NCBI RefSeq assembly: GCF_046119375.1
Contig: NW_027362769.1
Coordinates: forward strand, 391,158,001-391,222,000
DNA from: Phyllobates terribilis
Taxonomy: Eukaryota
DNA length: 64,000 bases
Direction of reading: 5' to 3'
Position numbers and translations under genes: made by a program. Below, piece after piece: positions 58,101 through 64,000 of this stretch (position 1 is its first letter; each line of letters opens with the position of its first letter). The notes beneath the pieces were generated by a model that did not search any database, had not been told where the DNA came from, and saw only the letters and a list, made by a program, of their open reading frames with translations.

Positions 58101-60486
58101 GGGTTAATCCTATGTGATAAAGTTCTGGTATATAGCTGGGATATGTCATCACTCTCTGACTCCCGGACCCCCACCGATCCTGAAAATAAAGGGGCTGCAG
58201 CATTAGTTCAGCCTCCTGCACATCGGAGCTCTGGACTCCCCCGGTGCAGGAGCTGCAGTACGGCCGCAGTGGATGGGGGGCACATGAGGGGGTCTGGAGC
58301 GCCGCTGTGCAGGGTAACAGGGAGGGGACGCAGCACTAAATCAGCTCTGTGGCCCCTTCATTCTCAGGGCTGTGGAGGTCTCCAATAAATAAAGTGATGG
58401 CATATTCTAGCTATAAACCACCATGGGAAGCCCCCCTGTAATCTCCCCAATATCTACAGCAGCTTTCGAGGACCCAGGCGACGTCTGATCAGTTTCACTA
58501 TATTACTGGTAATTGCAGAGACCCCGAGGACGGTGGAGGGTGGTGGGATTCGTGTATTTTCAGATCTCGTCATTGTTACGTGAAGTGGAATAAAGATCTA
58601 CTTTTCTGTAGTTGATTTCTCTCCATATTTCCTGACACCTGATGCTCCCACCAGAAACCACAAATGTATAAATTTATAGGGGGACGTTTACATGTTTGGT
58701 GGGACGAGTGCTGGGACCCAAGGCCAGGACAAGGGGCAGGCAGGACAGGCAGCTGCCTAGGGCACCAGCTCATATCACAAGGGGAGGGGCGCGATATTCT
58801 CTGACAAGCTTTGGCCATGCGCTGGTCAGCTCTGCTCTGTCCCCGTGTAGCGGTGTGACAGACACTGTCGTATACCTGCCCCTGAAGACAACAATTGTAG
58901 TGTGAATACTAATATGCGGTTGTATTATGTTTTATGGTAAAATGCATAGAATGTTATAGGCACTGATGCTGCTGTGTGGGCACTGGATTGTAATGCCTAA
59001 GGTGACCTGGTACACTCAGCTCAGGGGTAGGGACAGTATAGAATATAGTTTAGTGTTAGTGATGGATAGGAACATTAGGGCAGATAGGCAGTGGTGGACC
59101 TATTAGTGTATAAGATATAGGGAAAGTATAGGATACAGTTTAGTGCTTAGGTTAGAGATAACCAGTGACTTTAGGTACAGGAGGACATCAGTTAGAGTGT
59201 GATGGGTCTTGTAAGTGTAATATGCTTAGTGCATACTGTTAGAAGACAGTGACTGTAGTTAAGTAGTGATGTTAGAATGTAGGTGAAAGGTTAAGTTGTC
59301 CAGCAACAGAGTAAAGAGGCAATTAATGTTTGGCACCAGCCCAAATTGAGATGGGTCTAGGTCAATCCTGGTTTAGTCAGTCTTAGTTAGATAGAGGTTT
59401 GGCTGAAGATGAAGTTCAGGAGACAGTGGGCTGGAGGCACTCGGAGTACATATCATTCTGACAGCATGAGGTTGTACCAAATTTCCTGCAGAAATCCCTG
59501 TAACATCAGGGGCCAACAGCCTGAACTAGGCACTGAGGAGCCTGCCTTATTCCCTTCCATACAGAGAAAGCTGGACGGGGAAATGCATGTGGGAAATGTA
59601 GCAGATCTCGGGGCCAGGCAAGAAATTGCTGTGGCTGACAAGAGGATCAAGCGTAGGGATTGTTCCAGCTGAATGTGAGCAGAGGCTTGAAATATGGGCT
59701 GTTCCTAAAACTGCGTGTTAAAGACTGTTGTATCTAAACTGTCCAGTAAAGTTGAACTTGTTATAACGAATCGGGTGTCCCCTGATGTGTGTGTGGCTGA
59801 TCCTGGACCAAAGGATGTGGATGCAGCGGAGGCCTCCGGCCTGCAAGTGACTACAATGCAATGTACACAACACAACATTGATGGACTGAGACTCTGTTTA
59901 TTTGTGGGGTGCCAGGGTGTGGAGAAGCAGCAGATCGCCCACGGCAACCACCCTGGGCACCTTACATGCATGGAATTTCCTACAGCGCTATGCCAGGTGA
60001 GGGCATTGGAAAAGGGAGCATGTCATGCAAGAAGAGAGGAATGCTGGCCAATGAACGCTTCCCCATCAGATTGAGAGCGCTCATTGACTGCTAATGTCTC
60101 TGTCCTCCTGCATGAGGCGCCCCACTGGTGAGTGCTTACTTAGGGGACAGGAGAGTGAAGGATGCCCAGCATGGCTGACATTGTGCTGGGTGCATCCTCC
60201 ACTGACCTCTTGTTACTTTAGGAACACACCTCAGCATCTTCGGGGCAGAGAGTAGAGGGCAGAGGAAGAGGGATCCTGGCATGGACAGCCCGGCAGGAGC
60301 AGGGAGCTGTTCTCTGTCCTGTGTCTCCTCTATCACAGAGATTTCTGCAGCTCCTTGTCGCTACTCTGTTATGTTCTGCACTGGGGGAATGAACTAAGTG
60401 TAGGATCTGCCCAGTAAAGTGACGGTGTGCCCAGTATTTACATCATAGAGAGCGTGTGTGTGTAATATATGTGTAGTGTGTGTATA

Positions 60487-61756
60487 TGTAGCACCCCGAG
60501 GACTCGGCTGCTACAGGGGTATTGCACCTCAGACCAGGGGTGTGGTATTCCACTCCCGGGTAAGGATGGAGTGTGGAACTGAGCTCAGATAGCTGCATGC
60601 ACTACACTCACCCCATTTCCGGGGGACAGATCAACGGTACTCCCACCAGATAGATGTGCAGGTACGACAGCTTCTGTCCCTGGCTGGAGTGGGGAGGGGG
60701 GAGGAACATCCCAGTGGTGTAGGAGCAGATAGGGGAGGGACTCTGGGCATAGGTAGGAGCCCATTGGGTGCTAGTCACCTGGGCTCGGGTGTCAGAAGGA
60801 GTATATAAGGTGGGCACCATCTTAGGACAGGGTCTTTTTGGTCTGCTCTGTGCAGAGAGGAGCTCAGCCAGAGAGGGCTGACAGGGAGCTGTGGCTCAGT
60901 CTGGGCCCAGCTCCAGAGCCAGGCCTGGAGATGAGGCCTGAAGCAGAGAGAGAGAGACAGGAGAAGAAGGAGGAACAGAAACACCAGGAGAGGCCCAGAG
61001 ACGCAAGAGAAGAGGGAACCCTGAGATCCCACGAGTTAACGGGTGAAGGGTTGGCAGAACAGGGTACCGGATCCCAAACTGGTGGAGGCCAATTATCCTC
61101 AGCCAGGAACCGGAGGTCGTGGACAAGTTTTGGCGCGACCCCTCGCCATATCCACCAGGAAGGCATACCACGTATAGGGTCAGGGAAGCCGGGAAAGGTT
61201 TCACCACCAGAAGGCCCGAGGGAGCTGGACAAAGGTGGATCCCTGGTGGGGACGGCCAGTAGGAAGGAAGAGAGGGGAGCTCAGGACCACGCTCTGGAAC
61301 TGCCTGGGAGTTGGCCGAGTCCCGCACCTGGTGGACGCAGCACGGCTCGGGTGGTCACTTTTGGCCGAAGTGATCTGAACACCAACTGTGACTAAAGCTG
61401 TGAAAACTGCAATGCACGTCTCTGAGCTTCCTTGTCACACCACCACTACCACTATCATCATTTCCTGCTTCACCAGCTGCCCTGAGGCTATACCTCTCCC
61501 GTTGGGGGTTATCCCATCCACGCTGCACAACCACACCACCGGCCTCAGCGGTCTGCCCTGCAGCGGCGGCTTCATAGCCGCATTCAACGGGTGGCGTAGT
61601 CGGACACTAATACCATCATATCAATAACGCCACTTAGTTTGACCACCCTGGGCACGGACCGGGTCACCGTCACGAGGACTACTACCCCTGTCAGATCCGG
61701 CTCCGGGTATCCCCCGCATGCGCAGCGCAGCACAACATGGCCCAGGGGGCGCGTCA
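60487..61756 (+). mobile_element. Solo LTR of the cold-shock-element family
   Basis: TGTAGCACCCCGAGG...GGCGCGTCA with 4-bp TSD TATA; start nearly identical to 50946. Confidence 0.92.
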
Positions 61757-62298
61757 TATACATGTATGTGTTTGACTGTATAAATATGTGTGTATTACTA
61801 TTCTGTCCTCTTGGACTTTCCCTACGTTTACTGGCTCTGTCAGCCCCAGGGATTTCCTGTCCAGTTCCTCAGTACATCTGGGATCCATTACATTCCCTTC
61901 TTGTGGTTCCACGTCCATCGTCTCCTGTATGCAGATGATAAGGTACTCTTCATTGTACCTGTACTGAGCATTTAGCTCCGGACATTGCAGGAATGTCCGC
62001 AAGGCATTTCAGTAAGGCATCCCGCTGCCCTGAATGATAGATTCTTGCTGAGACCAGCAGTCCACTGCACTTGTACTTGACCTTGGCTATAGTACTTCCC
62101 TATCTGACTCCCTATCAGGAAGCAGTCTCCTTTTTACTGGGCCTTTCCCCTCCCACTATGGGCTAGTCACAAACTTTAACTATGTCTGCTCCTACAGTAT
62201 GTAGCTGGGCAGATCTCCCTCACAAACACTGTGTATTACATTTACATACTTTAACCAGATTACACCTATAATGCTTACAAAGTCTATATTATCCTAGT

Positions 62299-63385
62299 GG
62301 GTCTCCATATTACAGGTGGTATGTCCCTGGTATCATGTACAATGTGCGCCCTCAAATGGTTCTTCATATTACAGGTAGTATGTCACTGGTATCATGTACA
62401 ATGTGCGCCCTCTAGTGGTTCTCCATATTACAGGTAGTATGTCCCTGGTCTCATGCACAATGTGCGCCCTCTAGTGGTTCTCCATATTACAGGTAGCATG
62501 TCACTGGTATCATGTACAATGTGCGTCCTTTAGTGGTTCTCCATATTACAGGCAGTATGTCCCTGGTCTCATGTACAATGTGCGCCCTCTAGTGGTTCTC
62601 CATATTACAGGTAGTATGTCCCTGGTATCATGTACAATGTGCGCCCTCTAGTAGTTCTCCATATTACAGGTAGTATGTCCCTGGCATCATGTACAATGTG
62701 CGCCCTCTAGTGGTTCTCCATATTACAGGTAGTATGTCCCTGGTCTCATGCACAATGTGCGCCCTCTAGTGGTTCTCCATATTACAGGTAGTATGTCACT
62801 GGTATCATGAACAATGTGCGTCCTTTAATGGTTCTCCATATTACAGGTAGTATGCCCCTGGTATCATGTACAATGTGCGCCCTCTAGTGGTTCTCCATAT
62901 TACAGGTAGTATGTCCCTGGTCTCATGCACAATGTGCGCCCTCTAGTGGTTCTCCATATTACAGGTAGTATGTCACTGGTATCATGTACAATGTGCGTCC
63001 TTTAGTGGTTCTCCATATTACAGGTAGTATGTCCCTGGTCTCATGTACAATGTGCGCCCTCTAGTGGTTCTCCATATTACAGGTAGTATGTCCCTGGTAT
63101 CATGTACAATGTGCGCCCTCTAGTAGTTCTCCATATTACAGGTAGTATGTCCCTGGTATCATGTACAATGTGCGCCCTCTAGTAGTTCTCCATATTATAG
63201 GTAGTATGCCCCTGGTATCATGTACAATGTGCGCCCTCTAGTGGTTCTTCATATTACAGGTAGTATGTCCCTGGTCTCATGTACAATGTGCACCCTCTAG
63301 TGGTTCTCCATATTATAGGTAGTATGTCCCTGGTATCATGTACAATGTGCGCCCTCTAGTGGTTCTTCATATTACAGGTAGTATG
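62299..63385. repeat. 59-bp tandem repeat (~18 copies)
   Basis: GGTTCTCCATATTACAGGTAGTATGTCCCTGGTATCATGTACAATGTGCGCCCTCTAGT recurs at 59-nt spacing (62417, 62476). Confidence 0.97.
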
Positions 63386-63499
63386 GAGTGGTTCTTCGGG
63401 TGGTAACCACAGACCATTTCTCTGTTCTCATCCTTTTTGGCTGTTGTTTTATTCACTTTTGCATATTGCCATTGCTGTCACCCCTAGAGGTACAGTGGC

Positions 63500-64000
63500 A
63501 TGAGGCGGTGGCTATAACCAACAGAAGTTGCTCAGGTAGTGCAGCTCATCCAGGATCAATGTGAGCTGTAGCAAAAAGGGTAGCTGTGTCTGTCAGCACA
63601 GTGTCCAGAGCATGGAGCAGATATCAGGAGACAGGCCAGTACACCAGGAGACGTGGAGGGGTCCGTAGGAGAGCAACAACCCAGCAGCAAGACCGCCACC
63701 TCCTCCTTTGTACAAGGAGGTTCAGGAGGAGCAGTGCCAGAGCCCTGCAAAATGACCTCCAGCAGGCCACTAACATTCATGTGTCTGCTCAATCTGTCAG
63801 AAACAGACTCCATGAGGGTGGTATGAGGTCACAACATCGAGAAGTGGGTGTTGTGCTTACAGCCCAATACATTGCAGGGCAATTGGCATTTGCTAGAGAA
63901 CATAAAGTTTGGCAGATTCCACATTGGTGCCCTGTGCTCTTTACGAATTAGAGTAGGTTCACACTGAGCACATGTGACAGAGTCTGGAGACGACGTGGAG
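63500..64000 (+). mobile_element. Degenerate Tc1-like transposase, N-terminal DNA-binding region
   Basis: SVSTVSRAW...GRRRATT..QDR...[10 protein letters not shown]...LAFAREH...W..VLF is typical of Tc1 transposases. Frame breaks; runs off the window. Confidence 0.8.

Noticed and set aside
58846-59855. Possible LTR with TGTAG...CTACA termini
   Set aside because: Flanks (CCCCG / ATGCA) are not duplicated, and there is no PBS or second copy in the window, so it cannot be supported.
62299-63385. Regular repeat arrays (59-bp, 51-bp, 31-bp, 18-bp) as possible CRISPR arrays
   Set aside because: Units are head-to-tail with no unique spacers, there are no cas genes, and the context is eukaryotic.

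Overview
Vertebrate genomic DNA; the repeat repertoire and intronless TRIM expansion suggest a frog (inference). It is a tandem cluster of single-exon RING/B-box/coiled-coil/PRY-SPRY TRIM genes: two intact copies (15878-17446, 34144-35712), one frameshifted pseudogene (54875-56401) and a 25-codon stub (9207-9284). The cluster is shaped by a ~9-kb segmental duplication and dense transposon traffic. Mobile elements include a young, apparently intact chromodomain Gypsy (37223-42195), a Gag-only self-priming LTR element with a nested solo LTR, several 4-bp-TSD LTRs, hAT and piggyBac-type non-autonomous elements, Tc1 fragments (one DD37E), Penelope-like remnants and large minisatellites. The most unusual item is an LTR element (50946-54781, TATG target duplication, tRNA-Ser-type primer site) with no recognisable gag or pol whose only recognisable domain is a YBX/Lin28-like cold-shock RNA-binding domain. 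All alignments were made by eye; no database searches were run.
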